The notes: generated from the sequence alone by a model not told the origin. DNA of 62,036 nucleotides, filler included, from Choristocarpus tenellus KU-1152 (GCA_964200185.2; 10 parts of 10 records of this genome joined end to end with filler, not necessarily neighbours in it), one strand, 5' to 3'. Shown: positions 39,598 through 53,590, counted from the first letter of the whole stretch. Translations and numbers: made by a program.

Positions 39598-42500
39598 TCA
39601 CATTGTTCCCCAAGGGGGAACACCCTCCTGCATACCCTTCCGGTTAGCATCCTCATCACCATCCACTGATAACCCACCACTCCCTCCTCTTACCCCTCCC
39701 CAAGGCCCTGCCCTGGACCCGCCTACAGCCATGCCAGCCATGCCAGCCATGCTCCTCTCACGACCCCTGGCCTCTGTATCAAGTGCCAGGGATTCAATCA
39801 CCACGCTAGCAAATGTAGACGTCTTCAACGCCTCCTTTAGCACCATCGTGGAAAGGAGCTTCACAAACTTGTCATTCACAATGCTACCAATATCTGAGGC
39901 TCGACGTCCCTTTCCATCAGCAGTCGTGAGTTCCTATATTTGGTAGCCAGGGAAGGAAGAGGGAGGCAGGGGGAGATGAGGGGGTGAAGATCCCGGTGCT
40001 TGTTTCATTGATGAAACAACGAGAACAGGCTTCAGATCCTGTTTGACTCCTCCTTCCCCCCTCTCCACGAACACGTAATATAGTACCAACAGCCCCTCTC
40101 ACCTGTGGTCCCACATGCACATCGAGCCTAAATTCAGGGCTGAAATTTTTTCCAACATGTTCCCCGAGAAGGTCGCGCCATACACCTGCGCCAACACAAA
40201 CTACGATATCCTTCAGCACCACCTCCTCAACCTCGAAGAAGAGGGGGCGATTCTTTTTGCTTGCCCCGAGCCATTGCTCCTTCAGCTTCTCACTAAATGA
40301 TGGCACAAGCTTAATACGTGCCACACGGTCAAACGTAGCGCCCACCTTTTATTTTTTCATGAGATTATATTATTTTATGTTGGGAGGGCAAGGGTGTATC
40401 TATCACAAACTGAATGACGTTGAGAAGAAGACAAACACTTGGGTGACAAGGGTTGGATGATGAAAATATACTGTTCAAGGAGTACACCAATAGTTGGGTA
40501 TCCTTGCAGATTTGAGGTAGGAGTGGAGCTGGGGAAGGACAGGGGACGGGATCTATTAGTAGGTAGCAGGCTACACTACAGACTATATATAGCAGGGTAG
40601 GGCGTGGGGCAGGGTCAGGGGGGGGAAGGAGGGAGCAATCTACACTTTTGCGCATTAAGTTAATCCAACAGAAAAATAGAACAAAAAGAAGGATGTCTCC
40701 CTTCTTCATCCCACGGAATCAGCAACAATTGTATGTGATCGCTGTCAATGCAATGTACTGTTCCACACAACAGAAATAGTACCAATGACAGCAAACTGCA
40801 CCCACTCAACACACTCTTACTCCACCAGTTATCAGCTCCGCCTTAGAGGTAATCAAAGTCCTGTCATCATCAGAGAAAACCGGTGGGACAAGACCAAAGA
40901 ATTTTATTTATTTTTCTGTGTGCACAAAGAACCATCAGAAAATAAAAACAAAAAATAAACTGGCAGTAGAGCGGCAATTCAAAAGAGGAAGGTAATTGAG
41001 GATCGATGTCATATAGGACAATAGTAATCCTATGGTCAAAGGATCCTTGCAAAGGAATAATCTCTGATGGTTAGGAAAGCATAATCAAGGGTCTGCCGTC
41101 CGCACCATCCAGGTCTCAATTGGTGTACCACTCCTCAGGCAAGCATCAACCAAAGCATCATCAGGCGCGTGGGATTCAATTTTCAGAAACCATTCCTAAG
41201 AAGGAGGCAAGTATCTTGAGTCCATTTAAACTATTCCAATTGATACCATGAAGTTTTCACTGGTCAAATTAAAAAGTGCGGAGTAAGAAATTGCACATCA
41301 CATGGTAGTACAATAAAACATCCAAAACAAAGTTTGTGTGTGTCACTGCTTTCCATCATATTGAACTAGAACAGCCCCTCTCCCACCCCTAGAAACAGCT
41401 TCAAGACATAATAGTCTCATATTTGTAGCGCCAGTTTCATCATGCAGCAATCCCACAACGCATGACAACCCTAACCCTAACCCACCTGGTCAATGTACGC
41501 TCGAAACCGCCGCATGAAGGCCTCCCCAAGAACCTTGAGGCTACCCACAGCACTTGTCCTCCTCTCACCTCCTCCACTGCTGTGCATACCCACCACAGAC
41601 CGTGCCGACCTGATGGGGGAAGGTGAGGAACTAGACTCATTCCCTATTGTCCTCCGTCCACGCCTTGGGCAATTTTCTCCAAGCTTGGTTCGACCTCGTT
41701 TCTCCACACACCCTACCTCTGCTCCCACCTCAAGCCTTCCCCCACCACTGGACCTATTTGGGTTAGGGGCTTCTGACTTGTTGCATTGCCTGCTGATGTA
41801 GTCTGCAGGGTGGTTGAAAGGCCACATTTTCCAAGAGCTACTGCCCTCCCTTCTTGCCTGAAAGTCCCAGCTAACCCAATGTCTATATTTTCTGAACTGC
41901 TGTAAAAACATATACCCAAGATACTTCAGGGGGCCCACTGTACTAGCCTCAACAATTTCTCCCCCCTTACCATTGGGGCACATTGTAGGCCACAACAGTG
42001 GTGGCCTTGCAGGGGAAGGAGAGGTATTACACATGCTTTCCACCATATTCCTCTGTGTATACTTGTTGCTAGAGCCCACAACAGTGGTTTGACCCGATTC
42101 CTCTGTATCTCTCGCCCAAGCTTGAACCCCTTCCGTGCCCACCACAACCCTTGGCTCTGGCCCCGCATTAGTTCCCTCTACTGAGAGACCCAGGTTTGAC
42201 CTACTTTCTCCCTTAATGGGAATCCTGGACATGCCAGAAGGGCAGAGGTCCCTGCTGCTGCCTGGGGTGGGATTTGGCTCATTGTACCTTCCGCTTTCAC
42301 CTTGAACACCCCTTGTGTCGCCTTGCCACACCACCACATCACCTCTATCCTCTATCATGCCCTCCTCATGCTGCTGCTTTGACTGTTCAAGGGCTAGAAA
42401 GGAAAAGTTGAGTATGCCCTTGAATTGGCGCAAGAAGAGGGTTGCCCCCTGGACTTGTACTTGTTGGTAACGACGTACCCTACTCCAAGGAGCAAAGCTT

Positions 42501-43428
42501 GAGAGACTGCATATACCAGAGAGGTGCGACACTCTCACCAACACTCCCTCCTGGAGATCGGACGCTGAGATAGCCGCGTCGAAAGGGGCCAGTGACTGTA
42601 GGGGGGGGTTAGGCACATAGAGATTGGAAAGAGCTGAAAAATCCTGGACCGACAGGTCCTGTGAAGAGAGAGAGAAAGAGAGAGAGCGATTGGGGTGAAG
42701 AGAGACCAATTGGGGTGTATCAGACCGTTTTGACGGCATAGAGAGGCTCGATAGAAAAGGTCAACGAGAGATGGTGGTGGAGGGGGGGGGGTTCAAGGGA
42801 GAATAAGGACAGGGGTCACCAGGTATAGCTTCAAGCGTTGTCAAGCTGCTGGCATGTCCATGTTTGAGGTGTTTCTCTCACCAATAAACTCCTCCATTTA
42901 AGCTGATTTGCATTATATCCAACGAGAAACCAAACCTGGTCTGGAACACAAGACTATGGCATATCGTCGCCGTCCAGTCCCATCCCATTCTTACACAAGT
43001 TCTCGTGGTCTCACCTCCACAATAACTTTAGCACGTGCTGACAAACTACTCCAGAAGTGGCCAACCGTGGTTGGGGCGCCCAGTCCTTTTGTGAGGCGCA
43101 GTCCGAGGAAGATCCTCCACCCTTCATCCACTAAGCCAGTGGCATAAGCAAGCCAGAGTAGGCAGCAGTTGCTGACAATGTTGGCCCAGATCCCCGAAAG
43201 GCAGGGTCCAAAAGGAAAGGGTTGGTCCAGTTCCTCCCAAAGCTTCTGTGCCGTGACAAGCAGGACACCCCCTACTAGGAATGGTCGGGCGATCAGACCG
43301 AAGACATCGACCTCGTCAGGCTCATTGCGAGGCGAAGCAGGTGGCGGCAATCCAGTGGCCATGACTGAAAGACTATTAATAATCCGAGGACGGAACCGTT
43401 CCCTATCTCGCCATCCCCCTTTCCCCAT
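39598..43428 (-). CDS. Hypothetical ~720-aa protein, 4 exons, N-terminal hydrophobic segments, possible AsmA/RBG-like domain
   Basis: Exons 43428(or 43362)-43015, 42658-41486, 40345-40103 and 39933-39598 have phase-0 GT-AG junctions that join four ORFs of the track into one open frame (...AKVIVE|DLSVQDF...AYIDQ|VGATFDR...HVGPQ|ELTTADG...PWGTM*). The exon 3 acceptor is weak (AAATAAAAG). Confidence 0.7.
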
Positions 43429-43668
43429 CCGTGCACCGCACCAAACAAGATTCTCTACGCCCCACTTATCTACGCATCAAGAGTGAACCCTTACACCATC
43501 ATATTCAGCGTCATGGGAACTCCAGGTTCCAGGTTCCGTCTTCAAGTCCAAATCTTATGAAGTAGAGTTATTCAAGGTTTACAGACAACAAATAATGACC
43601 AAAACAACCAAACAACCACAATAGGATGAAGAAAGTAGAAAGAAAGCGGGTTCTATCTATATGTTTCA

Positions 43669-43745
43669 TAATTATTATTATTATGCCCTCTGACATTTTG
43701 CACTGGTGTCAGGAGGGAAACCAATGAAAACTATACATATGTATA
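43669..43745 (-). mobile_element. Putative LINE/SINE 3' end (hairpin plus (TAA)n tail); copies at 53668-53737 and 61730-61797
   Basis: Three copies of (ATT)nATGCCCTCTGACATTTTGCA…GG.AA..AATGAAAA on three different contigs. Confidence 0.6.
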
Positions 43746-43979
43746 TACGGTACAACAAGTAAGTCGAAAGTTGAAACAGAGATCGCAAGAAAAAAATCAA
43801 CATACTTGGATCATAGTCGCCGAACAAAAACTTGTTTTTCCCAATAGTAAGAGTAACCTCGCACCGAAACACTCACAAACTTCCCATCGCCCTTGGTGGA
43901 AACTGTCACCCTAGAAGAGTGATCCATTGAGAACTGTGTGGAGAAATATATTTTTACGTTGAACGAGAACACATCAATC

Positions 43980-46900
43980 ATGGACTCAGGCCTCGGCAGG
44001 TTGTTCGACCGACCCCTCAACCTTAACACCATTTTTAAGATGAACGACATTTCCCTTGAGGTACAGTATTACCCAACAACCTATTTTCCATGAGCTCGTT
44101 GTGGAGTGGTAAGAGGAGAGAAACAAGCTGAACTGATTGTTTTTATTGTTTTGTGCAAGTTATCAGAAACTCACGCTTGCTTTCCCTTCCTGGAGAGTTT
44201 GGAAGTACAATTTGCCTGGTGAAATCAGTGTGACTGCTATCGCCACCCCAGTCAGTATCCCTCTCTCAAGTGAAAAGGGTAGCCCGAAGTCCTCCCTTTG
44301 ATTGCGAGGAGAAATGTCCTGGTCAACGATAGTGCAATGCATCGCGTAGCCTGTGACTTGTCTTATTGCGAAATACTCTGTTTGGCACGAAAAACTTGAG
44401 ACTTCCAGTATTTTATATCAACTAGTGGATATCTGTTGATACATTCTTGGACGAAGACCAGGAAGTTCTCTTGACCCAACTCAAGGTGTTAATTGGAAAT
44501 ATTGTCGGGCTTCTGAACCAGGTTGACCAATGTGTTAACTAACTATTGATCTCAGAAACGTCCTTTTTGCTTGAGTCCCAGAGATCATTATGCCATCTCT
44601 TGCCGCATCGATATATTTTGTTGTGGATGCTATAATATGACCGATCATCCTACAATAGGAAAATCTTTGGTTCATGAAAGGAGGTTGGGGAAGGGGAATA
44701 ATGAAATGCTTGCAACCACACACACAGACATTCAGGGATTTACAGTGTAAAGGAAACATTTAGACCTCAATAACGTGCATCCTCATTCATTGCGGTGACC
44801 CTATTCCTTCCTCGTCATGGAATATGCGTGTTTCACGACGATGGGTATTACCCGTTTTCCTTGTCCTGTTGAAGGTCCAAGGCCATCTGGCCAACGTATT
44901 TGCAGCCCTCATGGCCACTGTCTTGGCCTGCACAGTGGGGGTGGTACTGGATCTCAGACTGCACTTGGGTGGTTTCTTGACCATACTTGGTGGAGTTGCA
45001 GCTCTGATGTGGATGGTTATGGATAAAGACAAAACAAACTACACCAAGAGAGTATACATTCTCTTGTTGTTTGGTCTCCTCCAGGTACATTACCACAGAG
45101 TCGATATGGTAGACATACCATCCCTTCTTAATGGAGCTACCTGCATCCTGCTGCCCAACCTCAGCTGCCATTACCTATGCCTTTGCCTATGTTTTCATGA
45201 GAAATATCCCTAGAAGAACGCTCCCTAGTACACAATGCCACAGTAGCCTCTTCCTCGTGTACTGCGACCCTCTTGTTATGTTGATTAGCACTTAAATACC
45301 CTATTGAATGCAATCCTATGAAGACTGGAATTTTTGTTTTGAACAATCATCTTGTGTTGAAAGTTATTGAACTTATCTCCCATGTCCATGCTTACCACAT
45401 AGTCATTCCATGCAAAAAAAAATTGTTATCACCAAACACCCTCTTGTGTAGGGATTCTCGCTGGGGAATTTGGTGGCTGTTGTGCTTGATACAGACCCGG
45501 GTATCCTCATAACTGCCCTTCTGGCCACAACTACCATATTTGGCTGCTTTGCTGGGAGTGCACTTGTCGCCAAACGGAGGAGTCTCCTTTACCTTGGAGG
45601 GTTGATCTCAAGCACCATGATGGGTAGGTTCTTTTTTTTTGGTATGTTATTGATTATCTAATGTACTTCAAACATGTGGTTGATCAATGTGCTTTTGAAG
45701 TCCTTGAGGTTTCTTTGGCGGTGTGATAGCATGTTACCTCTGATTAAACCGTTTTTGCATCAAGTTGCAAATTAGGTTGTGCTTGGGGGGAAGGGAATTG
45801 GAAAAGTGGATGTCCTCGGGCTAGGCGGATATTAGTGTTAACTACTGTTGAACAGGCAGGACAGAAGGAAAAACAATACTGTAGCTCTGCATTTACTAGC
45901 CGCTTCTCACTAGTGGAAAGGAAATATTAGATGTATCACTGGAACATGGATCTAAACAAGCAACATGGGTCAATATGGAGTCAACCAGTAAGAACTGCTG
46001 CTGTGGTATTTTTGTTTCTGCATTTTTTGTTTTGTTTGTATGCTGTGCCCTTTTGAAATGCCTTGGAGAAATGTTGTATCCTCTCCTAACTAGATGAGTG
46101 AGGTATCACTACTGTTGCATTGCCCGATCCTGAGTGCTTTTATCCCCCAGGCTGTTGTTTGTGAATGAAGACAGGTTTGTCTCCCGTGCTTTCACTGCCC
46201 ATGACATTTTTTTTTGTGGTTTGGCAAAACCGTTCTGTTTAATGACCTGATTGTCATATATTCAAGTTTAAACCATTTAAAAGGTTTGTGGTGCAGGTTC
46301 GTTGCCTCACACGTTAGGCTCAATTGTACAACAGGTCAACAGCTGTATTAGAGAGTTTGTGCAATCTACTGCATGATTTGGTTTATGATAATCCTGGAGA
46401 AATCGGCATGGCACGTATTGGTTTTTGTTTCGAAACACCCAAACCTCATACTTTTACTTTTACTTTTACTTCACTTCATATTGTAACATACTTTATAACA
46501 AGCATTTTAGAAGTTGGCAACTTGACGTCAGAGGAAATTATCACCAACAAGCATTCTACTGTTTTTTTCAACTTAAACTAATAGAAAGTGGAATACTGCC
46601 CAAGGTCATTTCGAGAAGGCTGATTTTATGCGAGATCTTTTATGCCAATTCATCCATAGATTAGTGTGAAGTGATGAACTTTAGCGTGGTGCATGAACGC
46701 TCAATTAGGGACTGCACAGCAGTGGATTATTCCGATTTTTCGCATTAACTTAGATCGCAGCCCTGGGCATGTTACTTGGCAGGATCCGCATGAGCCCAAC
46801 AACCTAGTGAACCTTTGAGATCTCTATCACTCTTTTCATCTTCAGCAGGTAAATCAGTTCCTTGCAGACCATAACAAGTAGAACAGGGACACGGTATTCA

Positions 46901-47694
46901 AAAACCGATAAGATAAAATATCATTCGAAAGATAAGGTGCATTAAATGTAGCATTGTGCTAACTCCAGGTCTGTTTCTCTCTGCCCCTCCACCATTCCTG
47001 CAACCTCCTACTCTTTGCAGTTCTGATGTTGGCATCAATTATCAACCTGTTCCTACGCCTCCCATTCCTGTTCGACATACAGCTCTATGTTGGCCTCTTT
47101 ATGTTCTGCGGGTAAGATCACAGTGTGGCTGGAAAGGGATCCAGGGGGGGAGATCGAGATTTTTACTGCTGGTGGGATATAGTGAAGTGTGCTGATTGCA
47201 TTGTGGGTTTTATTGTTTCTGGATGCCAAGGCTGTTGGTTTAGCTTTGGATGAGTAGGAACAAGAAAAGAGGGCAATAGTACATATGCAGGAGGTTTTGG
47301 ACGCAGTGGTGTATTTGTTTTTCCTGTTAATCCACAGTTGGTGTTTATAGGGGTAGTTATTGCTCCTCATGTCCTAACTAAATTGTGCCCTTGTTCATTG
47401 ATGCATCCTCATCCTCACACAGCCCCTCTACACACGTATTTGCTAACATAAAACACTACTTTTTTTCAATGATTGTGGCTTGTTGCTCCTGCTGCCAATT
47501 GCAATGTGCCCAGGTATGTTATGTTTGACTCCCAGATCATTGTGGAAAAGGCCTGCCAAGGTGACAGAGACTACCCCATGCATGCAGCGGAGTTGTTTTT
47601 GGACTTCGTTGGCATATTTGTGCGAATCTGCATCATCCTACTTCGCAAGGATAAGAAAACAGAAAAGAACTCTAGGAGCTCTGTCTACAGGTAG
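43980..47694 (+). CDS. BI-1: Bax inhibitor-1 (TMBIM6 family), complete, 5 exons, 244 aa
   Basis: Exons 43980-44060, 44875-45084, 45452-45623, 47021-47111 and 47514-47694 are all GT-AG and phase-compatible (735 nt). Translation: MDSGLGRLFDRPLNLNTIFKMNDISLEVQGHLANVFAALM...ILITALLATTTIFGCFAGSALVAKRRSLLYLGG...QLYVGLFMFCGYVMFDSQIIVEKACQGDRDYPMHAAELFLDFVGIFVRICIILLRKDKK. These are hallmark BI-1 motifs with a lysine-rich tail. Confidence 0.95.
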
Positions 47695-48399
47695 ATAGGT
47701 AGATGCAATACCTATCTCATCACAACACATGCACCTCTCCCCCCGTTGTTTTACATGCTGGATTGTGTGGGGATGTTGCTCCTGAGGCTCAGGATAGTGA
47801 TATCTCCCATCAATGACAACCTCTACCCCCTTCCTCCTCTCCTCCCATTCCATCTGAATATTGTTGGGCCAAGAGGCAATGATACGAATTTTTGATGTAG
47901 TCAAATTGCAGTGGGTGTAGGAATGCGGTTCCTTGTGCAGTACAGTTGTGTTGCTGGAGGCATGGCAGTAAGTCTTGGTTGTTGTAACTGGGCTGGTAGG
48001 AGAGGGCAATAAAGGATAATCATTTTGTGTTGTAGATTTGGCCAGTGGCCTCTCCTCCATGTTCTTAATTTATTGAGTATCATAAAATGTGTTGTGTGGC
48101 TATGTTTTTGAGGGAGATTAAGTTGAGTTGGTGTTTGTTCCTGTCCTGTCGACTTTGATTCTGAGACTATGCTCCTTTGTGGAGCACACCATGGGAGGTA
48201 CTTTCTTGTTGAAGCATGTGTGCAAATTGTGTCCATTTGTGTTGCTTGTTACGAAACGTAATGTAAAGAATGACCCTGTCGCTCTTTAGCACTCTTTAGA
48301 AAGTCTTTCATATTTGTGTATATTTTGATTTCCATTTGAAGCTACTGTTCTGTGTACAGTGTAGTTCCATCGATAGTGAGCTATGGAAGAGAGGAGATT

Positions 48400-50500
48400 G
48401 GTGTAAGTTTTCTCCTAGGTTCATCAACCACAATATACTTGCAAATCCCCCATTTTGTTTTGATACTGGGGTTGTGAATCATGGCGATTCAGTCTTCACA
48501 ATTAGTATCATACATTCGAAGAACAATGGGTACACAGGGTCATACTGGAATCCTTTCAACTAGTGTGTTTCCTCTACACACTCTGCTATATCTTCTCTTC
48601 TTTCACAGTGGCTGGCCCTACATACACGGTTGAACTCCATTTGAACTTGATGGAGTACGTTGGAATTTTGGGGGGCCAATTTATTTGAGAGGTGCAAACC
48701 CTTCCAATTCACCACAGTATTTTGGTTGAGAGATTGTGGAGATATCAGCACCTCTTTCCCAAAGTTCATCTACAAATGTACTGTGAAAGTTGAAGAATTA
48801 AAGGGTCCTACCACACACCTTAGGTCCTTGAATAATACGTAGTGAATCTCATTTACAACCGCTTTGTCTATTAATGAAGTGCTCTGCTATAGTCTATTCA
48901 AGGAGAGGAGTGGTGGTAGTTGGACATGCCCATACACCAAGTATGTTTTGAATTTGGGCAGGGTACCTCTTGTGCTTCTGACTGATTGTGCAGTTATGCA
49001 ATCCTCAGACACCAAAGAGAATGTAAATTTCCTCTGCTTATGAGAAGGTGGAAAAGCAATGACGTAACTGTATTGTAGGCAGTTGGGGGATTTCTTTTTT
49101 CCAGTGGGAGAGGCACTCAAAGCAGTGAGGGGGTGAGTGTTTGGATTAGCACACCTTCATCACTATGACAACGGTGGAGTGCCACAAAAACAGGTTAAAA
49201 GTCAAATGGGAGGGGTTCAAGGCTGTTTTGGTTCACATTGTGCCCGCTACTCCATATTTTGGTTAGTATTAAAACAGCATTGATTGTCATGCGTGTTGAA
49301 GGAATGGCACATTTGTTTCTAAATGTTGAATCGTACAAGAGATCTTTTCTGGCATTAAGTGTTTCTGTGGGTAAGCTTTGGTGACAGCAGGGCTAACGTT
49401 TCACTTCGAAGGCATCAATAATAACCCGAGCCACCTGACTCGAAAAGGGGTTGATCATACTGCATACTGCATGCAAAGCTTGTCAGAGGGAACATAATTA
49501 TATATGGAAACAGTATAAAGTTATGATGTCTACAGGTTGGTATTCCAGCATGTTGACTTCACCCTTGAGAGCTACAAAGGGACCCTTTTTGGTTATAGTG
49601 TCCACTTGGTTAGGTTCGGGTTGTAGGAACATCTTGTGCGGTCGTGATGTTTGAGAAAGAGTGCGCTATTTGTTGAAAGGGGAACGTTGGTGCTGAACCT
49701 AGAGTAGAACAGTACTATAGTCCTAAGAGAAGATTCATGCACTCGTGTGTGCAAAGTAACCTAAGGGCATGAAAGTAACAGTGGGAGTGTCTGAGGTCAG
49801 TGAGCTATCTATGAAACACCTTCAAAATGCGCGATTTGAACTTATCATCTCCAAGCTTTAGAGTGGAAGTATGTTGGTTGGGTAAGCTAGTATTGTACGG
49901 AAGTGGGAGCAATCATGCAGAATCACCAAAATAATACAAGTCTGTTAACATTTCAATGCTGTTAATAACATTGAGGTCTGCAAGCATGGGGAGGAATGAG
50001 CTTTCCGTGATCAAGTCAGCAAGTAGATAAATAGCTTTATTCCACATGCATTTGTGTTTTTGGTTTGAACTCCAAAAGTTGCGGGGCTGTGTAGTGACGT
50101 AAGCATCAATAATCGCCTTGATCCCTGACAAGGGTTAACACACACACCAGTTGAAGTGACACTAGTCTCCACCCATAAACAAGTCACAAAATTCAACCAA
50201 AGAGCAAGTGTATCCTTTCTCTTTCCCTTCAACAATTCACATAACCTCGTCACTGAACAAGTACCAGGTGAGGTTTGATCAAAACTGTTCAATCATCAAG
50301 CAAATTTCCACATAAATTGTGGCACAGACATATTTCAGCAGCATACTCACACTGCTTGTTCTACTTGTGAGGAGCAAGCAATCACCAGTCGCCCTGTACA
50401 GGTACTCCTGATGATGCTGGGGGCCAATAAAAACACTCTGACATATCCCATGCCATCACGACCACCTCATACTTCTAGCGAAAAGGGTGATAACATAAGG
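48400..50500 (-). mobile_element. Probable Helitron Rep-helicase fossil
   Basis: Ordered, heavily decayed motifs: NPCQGSRRLLMLTSLHSPATF (cf. GE.FYLRLLL..V.GP.SF), LSASPTGKK (Walker A-like), TLPKFK, then NFGKEVLI (cf. FGGK.V…GDF.Q). Confidence 0.4.
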
Positions 50501-50651
50501 GGGGGGGGGGGGATAATTTGTGAGATGAAGTTGTGAACGTCGAAAAAACACNNNNNNNNNNNNNNNNNNNNNNNNNNNNNNNNNNNNNNNNNNNNTTAAT
50601 TAATTAANNNNNNNNNNNNNNNNNNNNNNNNNNNNNNNNNNNNNNNNNNNN

Positions 50652-53590
50652 AAGGGTGGTTTGAGGGGAGGGGCCTTGCAAACCCCCCTCTTTCACTTAC
50701 CACTTGTTCACTCTTTTCCTGAGTGATATTCTGAGGGATTGCTCTCCCTCTTCTTGTCTTGTCTTTCTCATTTTCCTTGCCTCCTGTGGGTCTTCCCCCT
50801 CCCCTTCACAGTACGAAGAACCTGTCGGCTTGTTTCCATCTGTTTCACATTGGCAACGACGGCAATCGTTCCGAAGTGGGAGAGTATTATTGCAGTACTC
50901 TTGGGGAAACTCTGAGTATATTGCCCGTACTTTGAGCACCATATTCATCCTATACCCATATGCCACACCATTCTGATTGCCTATAGCTCGATGAAGGAGA
51001 CGACGGAACACGTTCCACACTACCGAGAATCGTTTTCAGACCTTAATGGTGGAGGAATACAAAGAGAATGAACCAGACAAACATTTACTACCACCTTTCC
51101 ATGATCAAGATCCTTTGTCATTTGGTGAGGTTCTTTTTGAAGATGGAAGGAAACTTCTTGTTCACAAATCATCTGGGCACAGATTTTCGGGTGGTTGATA
51201 ACGTGTTGTCCAGCAAGTGATATCTTCGGAAAATTAGCCTATTAGTCAAACCCCCTTACCCTTGACACCTCCCATTACCCAGACTGTACACATGTTCCGT
51301 CAACATCTGTACAAATGGCTTTAGCAACGTCACCAGTGCCGCCGTCCACTCCACCAGTGACATCGCCAACATGGTCAACTAGGGACCTGCACACATAAAT
51401 CCGATCAATTCTGACCTAAGGGCAGCAGTCGAGGGAAAACGTTCTCCAAACATCCGCCTTGTTCGGAACTTGACAGAGACGAGGGACATAACGAATATAA
51501 GGCAATCCACACCGATTACCCCCACTACTGCTTTGCCGAAAATGTCGTTAGCGAACTTCCTTAAAGATACGCGTCTTCCCTCTACTACAACTAACTGATG
51601 TATCGACTCTTCTGACAAGTTTCTGTATACATGTCACACTTCAACTTCACGATTCACAACGTGATCCATCCACCATTGATCGGGCTTGGATGGCCTATTT
51701 GCCTCTGATTTTGGATTCAAATGCAGTATGCTATATTTTCAGAGTATGGAAGGAAAAGTTGAATGGCGTTCCCCTGCTCAATTGCGTGCTATTTAAATGC
51801 GATAATAATTCCACCGATGATCCTATTCCCATTGTTGCTCGTGAAACATGGACCAGTTATTTACGGTTTTTGCCAACATATTTTGTCACGTCAATGAGAT
51901 GGGAGACTGAGGCACACAGTGGGCTAGTATTTCCAAAAAAATCCGATGAAACCCTTGAAGCATATGCCCTACGTTTTCGACACCTCCTTCGTAGATTTAC
52001 TACGGTTGTTGACCGTTCATCTACAGATTCTAGCGACCGTACTTATATCGATCAAATTGCTATTTGCCCTCTTTGAAGTTGGACTACAGCCCCATCTTCG
52101 GCTAAAATAGTTCAGTGAAGATTTGCTTCTACATTATCTGAAGCTATCAATCATGCGAAACGTCATGAAGCCAACAATCTAACAGGAAAAATACATACCC
52201 ACGCACTTGCCCCTGTCCCTTCGATTCCGCCGACTGATCCGACTGCTATGTCTGCTATTTCCGCCGGTCACTCTGCACAGTCTGCGTTTCCCTTGGCAAA
52301 GATTGCTGCTCTTTAAGTTGCAAATATTCGTGCTGAAGGAAAAATTAATTATGTGCCAAACACACTATCTTTAGACACTGCAAGTGATATGCAATGAATT
52401 TCTCACAAGTTTTCACGTACCCACTCTACGCTCCAGAATTCCCATATTTAACCGATTCCACCTGGTGCAATTAACCTTTGGCAGTACGCTGACCATCATG
52501 GGGTTTATCAAGTTTTTTCTACAAGTAGATGATACCACTATTTCAGTTGAACCTTTAGTGTTGTGCACTTTTAGAACCTTATGATGTTCTTCTTGATAAC
52601 AGTGTGTTTGATGCTTTTGGAGCGACATATGACTGGCAGACTCAAATGTTATCATACCACTATTATACCTGCCATACATCGTACTACCCCTTCTTCTGCT
52701 TGTTCACCTCCTGTTCAAATATCAGATATACAAACAAAAGTTCCATCTGTCCCATTTCGCCTGAGGGGAAAAAAATCCATTCCCCCAGAATCAGAAACGC
52801 TTGTGCCTGCTGTAAGTGATGAAATCCCCTCTGATACTTGTTATGCTGTTTTAGAACCACGTATCTGTTCATTTCATTTTATTGATTCACTAAATACCAA
52901 AGATCCTTTGCAACTTATTGTTTTTGCTCGAACAGTTACAACGTCAGGTGCTGATGATGGTTCAGGCATAGTACAAATTGCGAATATGTCTGCTTAAACA
53001 GTTCATTTACCAAAGAATACTCTACTTGGTCACATCTACCCAGCAGATATAGCCAACAACAGATACTCTCACACTAGTACTATATCTCCAACATATCTAA
53101 TCGGGTCTGAACGAACATGTCTTGAAAATGCGTTGAAACCTGCTTTCGTCAACACAACTTTCTCTTCACCTCAAATACACGAAACATTGGATCTTTGTAC
53201 CAAATTCCGTCCAGTATTTTCCATCAACACCTCTGAATTGAGAACTTGCACAATTGCTGAAGCCGACCTTCCTCTCGGACCAGGTACCAGACCTATTAGT
53301 CAGGCACCATATCGAACCAATCCACATGTTAGAGGGATTATTGATAAATGTGTTGAAGATTTACAAAATCAAGGACTAATTGAAGCTCATTCTAGCCCAT
53401 GGGGATCCCCTGTTCCTACTGTAGCCAAAGCAGATGGAACCCCAAGATTCTGCATTGATTACCAACGGACCATAAATAAATGCCTCATAAAACGTTCTTG
53501 GCTCATACCCTTAATTGTAGAACACCTTGACTATATTGGTGCAGCAAAATTTCTTTCTGTTGCAGATGTTCAACAGCATATCATGAAATT
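50652..53590 (+). mobile_element. Degenerate Ty3/Gypsy LTR retrotransposon (5' LTR end, PBS, gag, protease, N-terminal RT)
   Basis: The LTR ends …TGTTTCACA at 50849, followed by PBS-like TGGCAACGACGGCA. Gag-like DETLEAYALRFRHLL (51690-52076), protease-like LDTAS (~52370), and RT PISQAPYR…SPWGSPV..V.KADGTPRFCIDY…GAAKFLSVADV (53133-53580). Contains stops and frameshifts and is truncated within RT. Confidence 0.9.
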
